The position numbers were made by a program, and so were the translations under genes. The notes under the pieces are model-generated. The model searched no databases, was not told where the DNA came from, and was given only the letters and a program-made list of their open reading frames with translations. Source: Nitrospirota bacterium (GTDB lineage Bacteria > Nitrospirota > UBA9217). Taken from it: a stretch of DNA of 64,000 nt. This document shows, one piece after another, positions 9,880 through 19,977 of the stretch (the first letter of the stretch is position 1; the number at the start of each line of letters is the position of its first letter). The stretch covers positions 1 to 64,000 of the forward strand of contig CAVWHO010000014.1 in the NCBI GenBank assembly GCA_963754875.1. The letters run 5' to 3'.

Positions 9880-10915
9880 TCAATACGAGCCGGCTCGAAC
9901 TTCGGCGACGACTTCGCGAATGGCATCGATCACCGCCTGGGGCTGATCGAGCGGAATCCAGTGGCCGCTGTCAGTGACGAAGCGATAGCGGCCGCGCGTC
10001 GAGAGCCGGGCGACGGCGGTCTGCTCCTGCTGCCAGGTGGGACTGGGGTTGGCGGCGGCCAGCACGATCAGTGGGCGGTCGCCGTAGCCGCCGGCGGCGT
10101 GTACAGCGGCTACGCTGCCGGGCAGGTGCTGCATCTGCCCGGCCATGGCCTCGTAGAATTTGGGTTGGGTCCACATCGATTTCAGCGCCGGGCGGAGGTG
10201 TTCCGGCAGGCGCGAGACCGGCGCCAGCATGCCCTCCTGCCGGTGTTTCAGGCGGCCGCCGCTGACGGCGGTGACCCCGGCGCGTGCCAGCTTCCACAAC
10301 GGTGATGTTGCCAGCGCGGCCACCAGCCGGGCGATGCCGCAACGGGCAATGAAGGCGCCGCGGCGCGCCAGGCGCACGCCGGCCTCCAGCCGTTGCCGCC
10401 GTTGCTGGCTCAAATCGAGCCATTCTGGCAGCGAAACGGCGTCGATCAACACCAGCCCCGCCACCTGGTCCGGGTACAGCGAAGTGAAAGCCCGGGCCAC
10501 CGAGTCCGCCAAAAGAGTGGCCCACCAGAACCAGGGGGCCGGATACGTGAAGCGCCTGCAGCGCCGCCGCCAGTTCACGCGCAATCTGCTCGGCGGTGCG
10601 CGGCTGCGGACTGTGGTCGCTCCAGCCCAATCCGGCGCGATCGTAGCTGAGCGTGCGCGTGAAGCGCGCCACCTCCGGCTGCACCAGGCTCCAGCTCAGG
10701 GCCGAGCCGGCCAGGGCCGAGTCCAGAATCACCGTCGGTTCGCCCTCGCCCTGCAGCCAGCAGTGCAGCCGAAAACCGCCCACGTCCACCAGTTGCCCGG
10801 GGGCAGGGAAGCGCCGGCGATCGCGCGCCTCGCCGATCGCCTGTCCCGCCAGAACCGCCAGCCATACTGCCGGGAGCGCCGCCAGGGCACTCCATGCCCA
10901 CTGTTTTCCTGTCAT
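9880..10915 (-). CDS. Alpha/beta hydrolase with N-terminal TM (frameshift near 10505)
   Basis: YDRAGLGWS, GHSFGG and SGHWI motifs across two frames. Confidence 0.85.
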
Positions 10916-11300
10916 TGCGTTCGCCGGCACCGGAAATGTGCGGTCCAGCTGTCCGACCGCCGCTTCAGTATGCCTCAGGCCGGCGCCCCATCAAAAATCC
11001 CCGGCCGCCGCAACACCTGTCTTCATGAAGACCGCAACGCTGACCAATCCTGCGCGGATTCTTCCGAACTTCTCCCCCGATTTACCCCGATCTGTGGTCG
11101 GTGCTGGTGGGGGAGTCAGGTGTGGGGGTACTGGTCGGGTCGGGCGTGCGTCCTTATGTCTGAACCAGTGGTCCGTCTTGCCTGAATCGGGCAGCGGCCC
11201 AAGTCAAGCGGGGGCGGGCGCCCGCACGGCGGCGGTTGACCACAACTGCCCCCAGGGCAAGGCTTCAGCCTTGCCGCCCGGCGAGCAACCAACGAGATCA

Positions 11301-11316
11301 TGGCACTTCAGTGCCA
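11301..11316. repeat. Stand-alone palindrome TGGCACTTCAGTGCCA, identical to the core of the IS spacer
   Basis: Exact 16-bp match to 1732-1747. Confidence 0.85.
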
Positions 11317-11549
11317 CGTTCTTATGCCACCCACTTCATCGCTGACGGCCTGCCAGTGGCGGGGTGGGTTGGGCGCTGGGCGATGGACCGTTGCTGGCGT
11401 CGGGCAATGGGCTTCTCTCGCTTCAGTACCGCCCGGTGTATTCACCCCTCTCCAGCGTTCGCAGCATGGGCGAGGTGGTGGTCAGTCTGGAATGGTCTGT
11501 CCCCGACTGAGCGGTGTTCAGGAAAAAACCAACTTGAGGGAGATGGAAT

Positions 11550-12260
11550 ATGGTAAGGCAAAAAGTTTGGATAACGCTGTCCGGTTGCATGCTGAAAGCT
11601 GTTTGTCTGGGGCTTCTTCTGTTCTGCTGGGCTCCGGTTGCGCGCGCACAGATCGGGTACAGCATCCGGCAGGGATTCGGCCGCGGAGTGGAGGCCGGCG
11701 GCGTGCGGATCGATTGCTGCACCGACGATGAAGCCAACCGGCGCTACTTCCTGTCCGTGATGGGTGGCGGATTCGATTGGGAACAGGTACACGGCCATAC
11801 GCAGTTCGGGCCGCAGGCGTACCTGCGCTGGCTGCGCGTACTGATCGATTTCCAGTGGTCTTGCCTGGCAGCGCGATGACGGTCCTGCCTTCGCTTCGGG
11901 AAATGGATACTTCTCCATCGAGTTCCAGCGGCGGATCCCGCTATCTTCCAACTGGCGCCCCGACGACGAGATTGTGGTATCCCTGGTCGGTTTTCCGGAA
12001 GATTGACCTCCGCGGCAACGGGGAGATGCCATGGATAGCGCGGGCATCGGTTCCACCCCAAAGCACGAACAGCGTGCTTTGGGGACCCCGGGTCGCCGGC
12101 AAACGAAGCCGGTCCGCAGCGACCAACGGGAGCGTCTGGCATTCCCGGGGTGGTCGCACCACATGGTCGCCGGGTCACGAAATCGTCGTCTCCATCGAAG
12201 GCTTCGGGCCAGATGGAGGCTTGCCCGGGACGAAGGCTGCCGACAGGGGCGGTGTCAGTG
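11550..12260 (+). pseudogene. Disrupted secreted hypothetical protein
   Basis: RBS and signal peptide ending ARA-Q; continuation in other frames with a repeated EIVVSxxGF motif. Confidence 0.35.
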
Positions 12261-12470
12261 ACGCAGCGAGACGGCCGGGTGCAGGAACGCGGATTTGCGC
12301 GCAAAAACCTCACGGCTGCGGTACAGCACCGTCTGGATGTTTTCTGGACTGACTTCCTCCAGCGGCAGCGTATGGGTGGACTGGGTGACTGGATCCAGAA
12401 ACCAGACCAATCCATCGCATTCGCCGAGATAACAGACGCCGGTTGAACGGACCGTGGCCTCAAACGACAT
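12255..12470 (-). CDS. Small hypothetical protein
   Basis: GAGGGAG RBS before ATG; protein-like composition. Confidence 0.5.
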   Translation of the reverse strand: MSFEATVRSTGVCYLGECDGLVWFLDPVTQSTHTLPLEEVSPENIQTVLYRSREVFARKSAFLHPAVSLRH

Positions 12471-12795
12471 TGCCCGGAACTCCCTCGAAATGGAAATGTT
12501 GAGGATGGGGGATTCCTCCGTTCTCTGGTGGATTCAGGCTTTGCGTCCATCCGGAAGGCGCCCGCGGCACGCTGCGGAAGACGATGAAAACAATCAGCAT
12601 GTCGTCTTCCATTCCGCTTGCCCGACGCGAAGCGAAGGACGGGCGCAGTCCGGGGCGTCGGAGGAGAATCGTGCAAACAGGTAATTTTTACGGAGCATCA
12701 GGAACTTTTGTCCAGTCTGGTCATGGGTGAAGATCCGTCTCGCCGCCTCCGACGGCGGCTTGTTGCCGGGTAGCTCCGGCCCATCGGCGAAGGGC

Positions 12796-12824
12796 TTGGG
12801 ATTTTGCGGCCAATGTGGTATAAC
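12796..12824 (+). promoter_or_regulatory. sigma70-type promoter of tRNA-Gly
   Basis: TTGGGA-17 bp-TATAAC with extended -10 TG, 18 nt before the tRNA. Confidence 0.5.
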
Positions 12825-12842
12825 TTCGAATGCTGGCAGCGC

Positions 12843-12917
12843 GCGGGAGTAGTTCAGCGGTAGAACGCAAGCTTCCCAAGCTTGATGTCGCGGGTTCGAT
12901 CCCCGTCTCCCGCTCCA
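12843..12917 (+). tRNA. tRNA-Gly(CCC)
   Basis: Acceptor GCGGGAG/CTCCCGC, anticodon arm CAAGC-TTCCCAA-GCTTG, GGTTCGA T-loop, CCA end. Confidence 0.97.
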
Positions 12918-13208
12918 GCCCCTTCCTCTTTCCTCTTCCCTCCTGTTTCTGTTCTCCGGCCTCCCCGTGTGCATCTCCCGATCGAAACACGCCAGATCCG
13001 GTTTGGAGCTGAGGTGTGCCCGGTGAGGCTGCCCGGGAGTGGCCGTGCCGCCGGGTTCTTTTAAAGAGTTCTCATGCTCAATTCGGATTTGTGGTCCCAA
13101 GTCTTCCACTCAGGAAACCGGAGTTCCTCCCCATCCATCTAAAGTGCAGAAGGCTTCTTGCTGAATTCTTAAGCAGGAGAGCACGGGCTTGGAAATGCGA
13201 GGACAACC

Positions 13209-13799
13209 TTGAAAATCTGGCGTTGGATGGTACTTGGGGCCTTGGCCCTGTTTTCGCTGACTGGAATTTCGTCTGCGCAGTCGGTGGACGCATTTTTCGG
13301 AGTGAATGCATTGACCGCTTCTCAGCCGGCCGGCGTGCCGTCCCTGGGCGGCGGGGCGTTCACCGCGGTTGGTGGCGACCTGCTGCTCTGGCACAATTTT
13401 GGCTTTTATGGCGAAGCCGCCTGGCGGTACAAACAGGGCAGCTATGCCGGCAACCCGGTGCGCCCGATTTTTTATGACTTTGGAGGGGCATGGGCGCCTG
13501 TCCAGTTCGCGTCCGGCCGGGTGGTTCCGCTGTTTCGGGCCGGGCTGGGAGTGCAGAGCATTCGAGTCTACCAGCCCTTCTACAACTGCGGATCCTTCAC
13601 GGGTTGCAGCAACTACACCACCACCAATCACCTTTCCGGCCATTTTGCCGCCGGCCTGAAGTTGTACCTGACCCAGCACATTTTCCTGATGCCAGAAGCC
13701 AACCTGTACCTGATCCGCAACAATTTCGAGTATCAGGCCTCCCACGCATCCATGTTTGGCATCTCGATCGGGTACACACTGGGACAGAGCAACGATTAA
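13209..13799 (+). CDS. Small outer-membrane beta-barrel protein
   Basis: Signal peptide, alternating beta-strand pattern, C-terminal GISIGYTL. Confidence 0.7.
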   Translation: MKIWRWMVLGALALFSLTGISSAQSVDAFFGVNALTASQPAGVPSLGGGAFTAVGGDLLLWHNFGFYGEAAWRYKQGSYAGNPVRPIFYDFGGAWAPVQFASGRVVPLFRAGLGVQSIRVYQPFYNCGSFTGCSNYTTTNHLSGHFAAGLKLYLTQHIFLMPEANLYLIRNNFEYQASHASMFGISIGYTLGQSND

Positions 13800-14363
13800 G
13801 CAGTGACTCTGGCGTGGTCTGCGATGCGGAGGCGGAGGCCGCCGGCGCCAGTCGTGTGCCCCGCCGGATTCCGCGCCGAAGGCGGAATGTCCAGGACTGC
13901 GTCTGGTTGCGTTTCGATTCCTTTTTGCAGGCTTTACCTGCGGTTTGCGCCCATATCGGGTATCATTCGTGAACTTTCGATGAAAGGCGTCCGCGCCAGT
14001 TGTTCACTCACTGCGGATATGCGAGGATGGAGTATCTGAAGGCGGGGCAAGGGCAGCAGAATTCCCCGGCGGCCGCGCTGGCGGAAGCAATGTGATCCTG
14101 CTTCAGAAAAACCGTTGAAGTCATTCGGGCCGGTTCGGCCCGAAGCCTGAATCGAGGTCGATGCAATGATGATGATTTATAAGTTATGTGCTGTCTGTGC
14201 TCATTATTTTCATGGTGAAATGAACGGCGATTATACCTGCCCGGAGTGTCGCCAGAAGGGGTTGGAGATCGCCCGTCCGTTGACGTCGCTGGACAGCCTG
14301 ATCCAGCCGATGACACTGGGAACGCGCGACCGCGCGGCCTAGAGGGTAGTTCCTTCGTGCAGA

Positions 14364-15032
14364 ATGGCCGGGGTGGACCGGACGACGGTCTGTCCCGGCC
14401 TTTCTGCGTTTCCGGCAGAGAGCGGCACCCCGGCGGATTCAGTTGAAGTTCTTGTGCGCGATCAACTGCGGGGCCTTGCCCGCGCCGCGCGTGACCGCTA
14501 CTCTGGTAGTGAGGTCGAAGTCCTCCTTCCCGCTATGCCCACATTGCTCTGCGTTCCCTCCTTTGCCCACGATCCTGACTGGCAATCCCGTTTTCTGGCC
14601 GAAGTGGTGAGCCTGCGTGAAAGCGGTGAGCCGGTGACGCTGTGGTCGGCGGATTCGGTCGACCAGCAGCCAATGATGGTGGATGTGACCACCCTGGCGG
14701 AGGTCGAGGCAGTGATGGAGGATGAGGAGATTCCCGTCCTGGTTTCCCCCGCTCGCCCCCCGGACTGGCTGGTGCTGGATGAGTTCGGGCGCATTTTGCT
14801 GATCTGCCCGGAAGCCGGACCGGAGAACGGGAATTTTCTGGTGTCGGAGTGGCCAGGGCTGTCGGTGTTGCCGGCGGAACGGCAGGCGCTGATCCGCTAT
14901 CTGTTGCACCAGGGCGGAGAGGCCGTCGATCTGGTGCAGCCCGGCGATGCCCTCGATCTCAGCCAGAGCTGGTGCAGCGGACGCCGCGTGGGCGTGCGGC
15001 TGCTGGCCGATGCCGGGGAAGGGGCGCGTTGA
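14364..15032 (+). CDS. Hypothetical protein (start uncertain)
   Basis: 222-aa ORF with globular composition between the two tRNAs. Confidence 0.55.
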   Translation: MAGVDRTTVCPGLSAFPAESGTPADSVEVLVRDQLRGLARAARDRYSGSEVEVLLPAMPTLLCVPSFAHDPDWQSRFLAEVVSLRESGEPVTLWSADSVDQQPMMVDVTTLAEVEAVMEDEEIPVLVSPARPPDWLVLDEFGRILLICPEAGPENGNFLVSEWPGLSVLPAERQALIRYLLHQGGEAVDLVQPGDALDLSQSWCSGRRVGVRLLADAGEGAR

Positions 15033-15121
15033 CTCCGGTGCGTGGAAAATATCCGCTGCGGCACCAAACCGGGTCGCGGTCATTGACAGAATCCGCTGCC
15101 CTGTAGGACCATAAAGTGGTC

Positions 15122-15196
15122 GGGGCGGTAGCTCAATGGTAGAGCATTGCCCTTTTAAGGCAAGGGTTCTGGGTTCGACCCCCAGCCGCCTCACCA
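15122..15196 (+). tRNA. tRNA-Lys(TTT)
   Basis: Acceptor GGGGCGG/CCGCCTC, anticodon arm TTGCC-CTTTTAA-GGCAA, GGTTCGA, CCA end. Confidence 0.95.
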
Positions 15197-15271
15197 CCTC
15201 CGGCACACATCGATTTCGCCTTTTGTCCAGCCGCCCACGGGCGGCTGTTCCGCTTTTGCACCGCCGAGAAA

Positions 15272-16023
15272 TCAGCTCTCGACAGCTTTGACGGCCGCGT
15301 CGGGTTGCTCCTGGAAGCCCTGAACCCAGGCGGCGTAATGCTTCTCGGTCGTTCGGATGGTGGCGTGTCCGAACCGCTTCGAGACCAGGCGCAGATCGGC
15401 GCCGGCCAGTCGCAGGTTGACGGCGAAGGTGTCGCGGAAGCGCTGTGTGTGTACGTTCGGGATGCCAGCACGGCGGCCGAGACGGGCGAAGGAGCAGCCA
15501 GACGCTATTGCAGACGCCTTTGTCGCTGTTGCCGGTCCACAAATAATAGCTACTGGGGAGTACTTCAACGGAATCGAGGGAGGCGCGTGCGGATTCGACC
15601 ATCGGGATTCGCACCGCCGCCGTTGTCTTTTGCCTGCGCAGGACCAGGTATCCTTTGAGGACGTGCTCAGGCCGCAGGTTGACCAGGTCGGTGACGCGGA
15701 TGCCGGTGGAGGAACTCTTCCAAGTCGAGCGATCGCGCTTCGTGGAAGAAGCTGCGGAGCCGAGCTTCCAGGAAGGCCTCCAGCGCCTCCAAAAACGGAT
15801 CATAGCGCTCGCGCGTATCGCCGTGGTAGTTGGCGGTGAAGCGCCGGCGGAACTCGGCACAGGAGAGTGGCACGAGGCCGTTGTCCATGCCGAGTTCCAT
15901 CTCGCCGGCGCGGCGATGGGCGACTTCGGCGTTCCGGGTGAGAAGCGATTGCCGCACGGCGCGACTGCGGACGACTCCCCGGGCCCAGCACGTGCCGTCG
16001 CGTTTGTTGACTTTCAGGGGCAT
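15272..16023 (-). pseudogene. Decayed tyrosine integrase next to tRNA-Lys
   Basis: Fragments TGIRVTDLVNL..QKT and HTQRFRDTFA..FGHATIRTTEKHY in different frames; much shorter than a full integrase. Confidence 0.85.
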
Positions 16024-16033
16024 CCGGCTGCCG

Positions 16034-16543
16034 TCAGACGTTGACGAAGGTGCGTGACTTCTGAGCCGTCAACACCTCAATGCGAATGCGCATGGCGCTC
16101 GGCGATACCGCAAATAGCTTAGCCAGCTCTTCTGGGGAGGTGACCTTGCCAAGTTTCATGTACCTGAGCACCAGGTGCTCCGGCATGAGGAGATGCGCGG
16201 CAAAACGGTTGGCTTGCCCCTCAGCGCGGGTGCTGAGCCCACTTCGAAGGAACACGTCATCCGTGACGCCGCTGCCGACCTTGTCCCGATGGAGGAGGAA
16301 GTGGCCTATTTCATGGGCGATGGTGAACCGCTGCCGAGAGAGTCCATCGGTGGCGCTGACAATGATGCTGTACCCGGCTGGACCGCCGTTCCCCAGGTCC
16401 GGAAGTAGTTGTCCGGAGATCCCGGGCCCTAAATCGGACGATTTCCAGACGTTGATCCCGAGTTCTTTCGCGATGGAAATCACGTTGACCGGGGCGTCGT
16501 CCTGGTGGCGCCGGATTATCGCGCGCTGCCGGCTGCCAATCAT
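16034..16543 (-). CDS. ImmA/IrrE family metallo-endopeptidase
   Basis: RQRFTIAHEIGHFLLH (HExxH), EGQANRFAAHLLMP and C-terminal HTH-like LAKLFAVS. Confidence 0.92.
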   Translation of the reverse strand: MIGSRQRAIIRRHQDDAPVNVISIAKELGINVWKSSDLGPGISGQLLPDLGNGGPAGYSIIVSATDGLSRQRFTIAHEIGHFLLHRDKVGSGVTDDVFLRSGLSTRAEGQANRFAAHLLMPEHLVLRYMKLGKVTSPEELAKLFAVSPSAMRIRIEVLTAQKSRTFVNV

Positions 16544-17040
16544 GGTTCACTCTCCGGTTTCGACTGCGATTTCGGATAGTCCTGTAGATTAGACGACGAA
16601 TCCTGGCATTGAGGCTCATGATTTTGTAGCAACGGGAGCACCTCCTCCAGTAGCTTCCGGGCCTCTTGAGGGACTGCCCGCTCGACTTCTTCTCGGACCA
16701 GTTGGCGGTGGCCGTCGCTGGCGAGATGCTCGCGTAACGCGGTCTCAGCCGCCTTTTTCGCGACGCCGCTCGTATATTCCTTCACGGCCTTGAACCCAAA
16801 GAACGCGCCCACTGCCACGGCGAAGCCGACCGAGGTGACGAGGAGCGTCGCGACGGCCAAACCAATATCGGCAACATCGACGGAGGATGGTTCAGCCGGC
16901 GTTACCGGAGGAGCCTGTACCTCAACGAATGTCGTCGGGTTCTGGCGCTCATCTGGTGCATGCGGGCGCGGGAACCCCTTGACATGGGCCGGCGCGGCGC
17001 CGAGGAGTAGCAAAAAAATAATAGATGCCGTTGCGAGCAT
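16540..17040 (-). CDS. Membrane protein translationally coupled to the ImmA/IrrE gene
   Basis: Signal-like N-terminus, one TM, helical tail; ATGA overlap at 16540-16543. Confidence 0.65.
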   Translation of the reverse strand: MLATASIIFLLLLGAAPAHVKGFPRPHAPDERQNPTTFVEVQAPPVTPAEPSSVDVADIGLAVATLLVTSVGFAVAVGAFFGFKAVKEYTSGVAKKAAETALREHLASDGHRQLVREEVERAVPQEARKLLEEVLPLLQNHEPQCQDSSSNLQDYPKSQSKPESEP

Positions 17041-17117
17041 GGATTTTGCCCGGTCTCCCGCAGGGCCGCCGCCCCGCTTTCCAAAAGGGGCTTCCGTTTA
17101 CCCGGTGGCGAACGGGA

Positions 17118-17366
17118 TCAGCCGGCTTTTTTGTCTCCGGGCTTGCGCGGGTCCCTTCGTTCTTTCATGGACCGGATTTTCCTGAACACCTGCTGCAGGT
17201 CTTCGGGGGTAAGGCCCGCGAGCTCGGATGCGATCTGCTCCTGCGACTCCCAGATCTGCCCGGCGGCGCGCTGGCGCCGCTCCTTCATCGCGGCGTCATA
17301 GCCCGGCAACATGCGCTTGTAGTCGTCCCAGTGAATCCTGGAAACGGTCACGCACTTGATTACCAA
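17118..17366 (-). CDS. Small hypothetical protein or gene fragment
   Basis: Helical, protein-like 82-aa ORF co-oriented with island genes. Confidence 0.4.
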   Translation of the reverse strand: MVIKCVTVSRIHWDDYKRMLPGYDAAMKERRQRAAGQIWESQEQIASELAGLTPEDLQQVFRKIRSMKERRDPRKPGDKKAG

Positions 17367-17869
17367 ATTGAGAACTTCGGTCCCAAAGGAGCTTTCGGGA
17401 CCTTTGCGTTCCGGCTTCGGGCTCGCTGTCGCGCTCCGCGCGTCCTGTGGGGAATTTAACCTTTTCTGGCAACGTTCTGGTGACTCATTTTTCCACTAGA
17501 ACCAATATTGCAATCATCACGACGCGGCCGGAAATTTCGATTGTTATTGCCTTGGCGTTCCACGCTCGCGATAGTATCGTCCTGCGAACTATTGAGGCAG
17601 ACTTGAGATCTGGATCGCCGCGCTGGCCGCGGCTGCGGGGGCTTGTCGATATGGATCAATGATTCGCGGGAATTCGCGGGCCGCAATAGACCATCCACCG
17701 CGCACCCAGAAGACTCAGGACTGTTGCGGCCGTCTCGCGTCAGTGCGCGGAAACATCTACAGGAGAGCGCGGCCGCCTTGGGCCGGATTGGTCGCCCGGC
17801 ATAGCGGAGGAGATACTCATCCTTTCGTGAATGTGGATGGCCGCACAGGTTGGTCCGCTTGCCGTCCCC

Positions 17870-18220
17870 TCAAAGTGAGAGAAAAACGCGTAGCCGCCGT
17901 TGGACCTCCTCCAGAGTCGCCGGAGTCACGCGGCTCCGGCAGGCGATCAGTCGGTGGATGGAAACCGGTCGCACGTCTTCGCATTTGGCATAGAACGGCA
18001 TTCGCAAGCCGCCTTCGGGCGGCACGACGTTGACATGAAATGGGTTGTTCCGTTGGGTTTTGGTGAATGGCACAACGATGGCAATTTCCCCTCGCCCACA
18101 GTTCAGCCGATCGTCGCTCACGATCAGTGCAGGGCGTTCTCTGCCCTGTTCGTGTCCTTCCACCGGATCGAGACGGATCAGCCAAACTTCCCCCTGGCGT
18201 GGGGAAGGAGTCGGTATCAG
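17870..18220 (-). CDS. PemK/MazF family toxin (start codon unclear)
   Basis: PRQGEVWLIRLDPVEGHEQGRERPALIVS..VVPFT motif. Confidence 0.88.
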   Translation of the reverse strand: MIPTPSPRQGEVWLIRLDPVEGHEQGRERPALIVSDDRLNCGRGEIAIVVPFTKTQRNNPFHVNVVPPEGGLRMPFYAKCEDVRPVSIHRLIACRSRVTPATLEEVQRRLRVFLSL

Positions 18221-18450
18221 TGCCAGTCCTCTGGCGCTATTCCATCATGGAGCGTGGTCTCCCAGAGGCGGCGTTCCTCGATCTACAGTTTCCACCGATC
18301 AGAATCTGCCTGCATTGCAGCCCAGTCTTCGTCCGCCTTTTTGGAAAAGTAGATGCCGTCGGTACTCTTCGATGGCTTTGGCGAGGTTGGTTAATTCCGC
18401 GTAGACGGATGGGCAACTGGAGACAGCAGGGCCGACATCCGGCATGGCCG
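18217..18450 (-). pseudogene. Disrupted antitoxin
   Basis: AIEEYRR..(frameshift)..ADEDWAAM..(stop)..EERRLWETTLHDG, stop codon overlapping the toxin start region. Confidence 0.6.
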
Positions 18451-18788
18451 CACCTCGTTCCTTTGCCTTGGATGCACCAGTCGCACTCACTTCTGCCTCC
18501 CTTGGTGGCCGAACGGCCCTTCCGTGCCGGAACGGGATGATTCTTCTGCCATGATCGGCAGCGTGTCAATTGGAAATGGAACCTCTCGCCTGCCACCGGC
18601 CTCAAACGGAAATTGGAGAAAGATCGGACGGAAGCCGGGGGATGACTGTGGCAATGAGAGGAAGATGGAAAGCCGTGGGAGCGAGAGTGTGTGTGGAAGT
18701 AAGGGGTTCGGGGCGGTATCTACGTCATCCCAATGCCTGAACAGGATCGGCCAGGATCCAACCGCCCCGAAACAATCGTGCGATGGAG

Positions 18789-19010
18789 CTACTTTTTCGC
18801 CTTGGTCTTGGGCTGGGCGGCGCGAGCCTGCGCCCAGCGCTTGCGCTGTGCCTCGGCGATGCGCTGGCGTCCTTCTTCGGAAATGACCCGGGTCCGGCTG
18901 GCTTTGGTGGCGGGGCTGACAGCGGCGAAGCTGCGAAGCGACCGCAACGCGGCATCAATCCGGTCCCGTTCACGCTCCAGTTCACGAATGGCGTCTGAAA
19001 TTGCTGACAC
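18789..19010 (-). CDS. Small basic protein: coiled coil plus SEEGRQRIAEAQRKRWA motif, putative DNA-binding
   Basis: AAGGAG RBS before GTG; Lys/Arg-rich C-terminus. Confidence 0.75.
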   Translation of the reverse strand: MSAISDAIRELERERDRIDAALRSLRSFAAVSPATKASRTRVISEEGRQRIAEAQRKRWAQARAAQPKTKAKK

Positions 19011-19977
19011 TAGCTCTCCTTGGTGAGGGCGGAACCGCCTTGATGCCGAACGAAGGGCGCGCGCATCAACCGTTCCGCCTTCATATATATTCTTTGCCTT
19101 GCCGGTGAAGTGGTGAGCAGTCATCCGGGCATTGCTCTTTCAAGCTTTCACCAAAGGCACCCTTTCGTCAATAGTGTCAGTTCATTTCGAGGAAACTTTG
19201 TGGCGCGGATGGTACTTTCCGGGAAAGCCAACCTAAGTGTCTATGACATTTTGGTGCTCCGGTTGGACCGGCTGGGAATATCGCGAGTCGATACGCAGGC
19301 CGCTCCGGTTGTAGCACGGGAATGATACTGTGCGGCGGAAGCCGCGTTCATGCGGGCGGCCGTCTCCGGTCCAGCTCCCTGCCCTTGCTGCCGCGGGGGC
19401 TCGCGGTGACCCCCGCGGCGCTTTCTCCCGCGGCGCCCGGGTCGTTCGCTGGGGGGATCGGTGATGAGTGGGTTGCTGTCCTGGCCCATGCGCGTGTGGC
19501 GTAGAACCTTGCCGCTGGCCGCAGCGAGAGCCAGAAGGCCGACTCCGTGATCGCCGCCAAACCGCACTCCGCCGCCGCTGTCGCCCGTGTAATTCCAGGC
19601 GATCTGTCCGGTCCTATTGTGGATCGCCCGGATGGACTGCTGACCGCCGACCAGGGAGAAGTCGCGTCCGGCAAAGCCTTGGCCCTTGCCTTCAGCGGTG
19701 AGGCAGGAAATGCTGCAATCCGGCGTGGCCAGTCCATGGAACAGGCTCGTGGCGAGGTCAAGAGTGGGAGGAATCCGGTTCGCCGCCCTTCCTGGCAGCT
19801 GGTCTTGTCGAGGGGGTCGCCGCCCACGCTCCCGATCGCGTGGTCAGGGCGGGCGACGGGGCAGTGATGGAGAAGAGGTCAGCCGCGAGGTGATTCTTTC
19901 ACCGCGCAAGGCGACTCTCGCGCCGGTTGCACCGGCTGCCGGGTGGAAGCGGTTCCAGCCCGGCAGCCGGCGCCCGT

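Larger units (their letters stand above)
15197..19100. mobile_element. Degenerate tRNA-anchored genomic island (right boundary uncertain)
   Basis: Integrase remnant, ImmA-like protease, TA module and atypical codon usage; no att duplicate found. Confidence 0.6.

Noticed and set aside
14160..14240. AT-rich patch as a dif site or replication origin
   Set aside because: No convincing XerC/XerD arms or DnaA-box cluster; more likely promoter DNA.
19190..19440. Possible ncRNA ending in the hairpin near 19389-19420
   Set aside because: A hairpin is present, but there is no recognisable family motif or other support.
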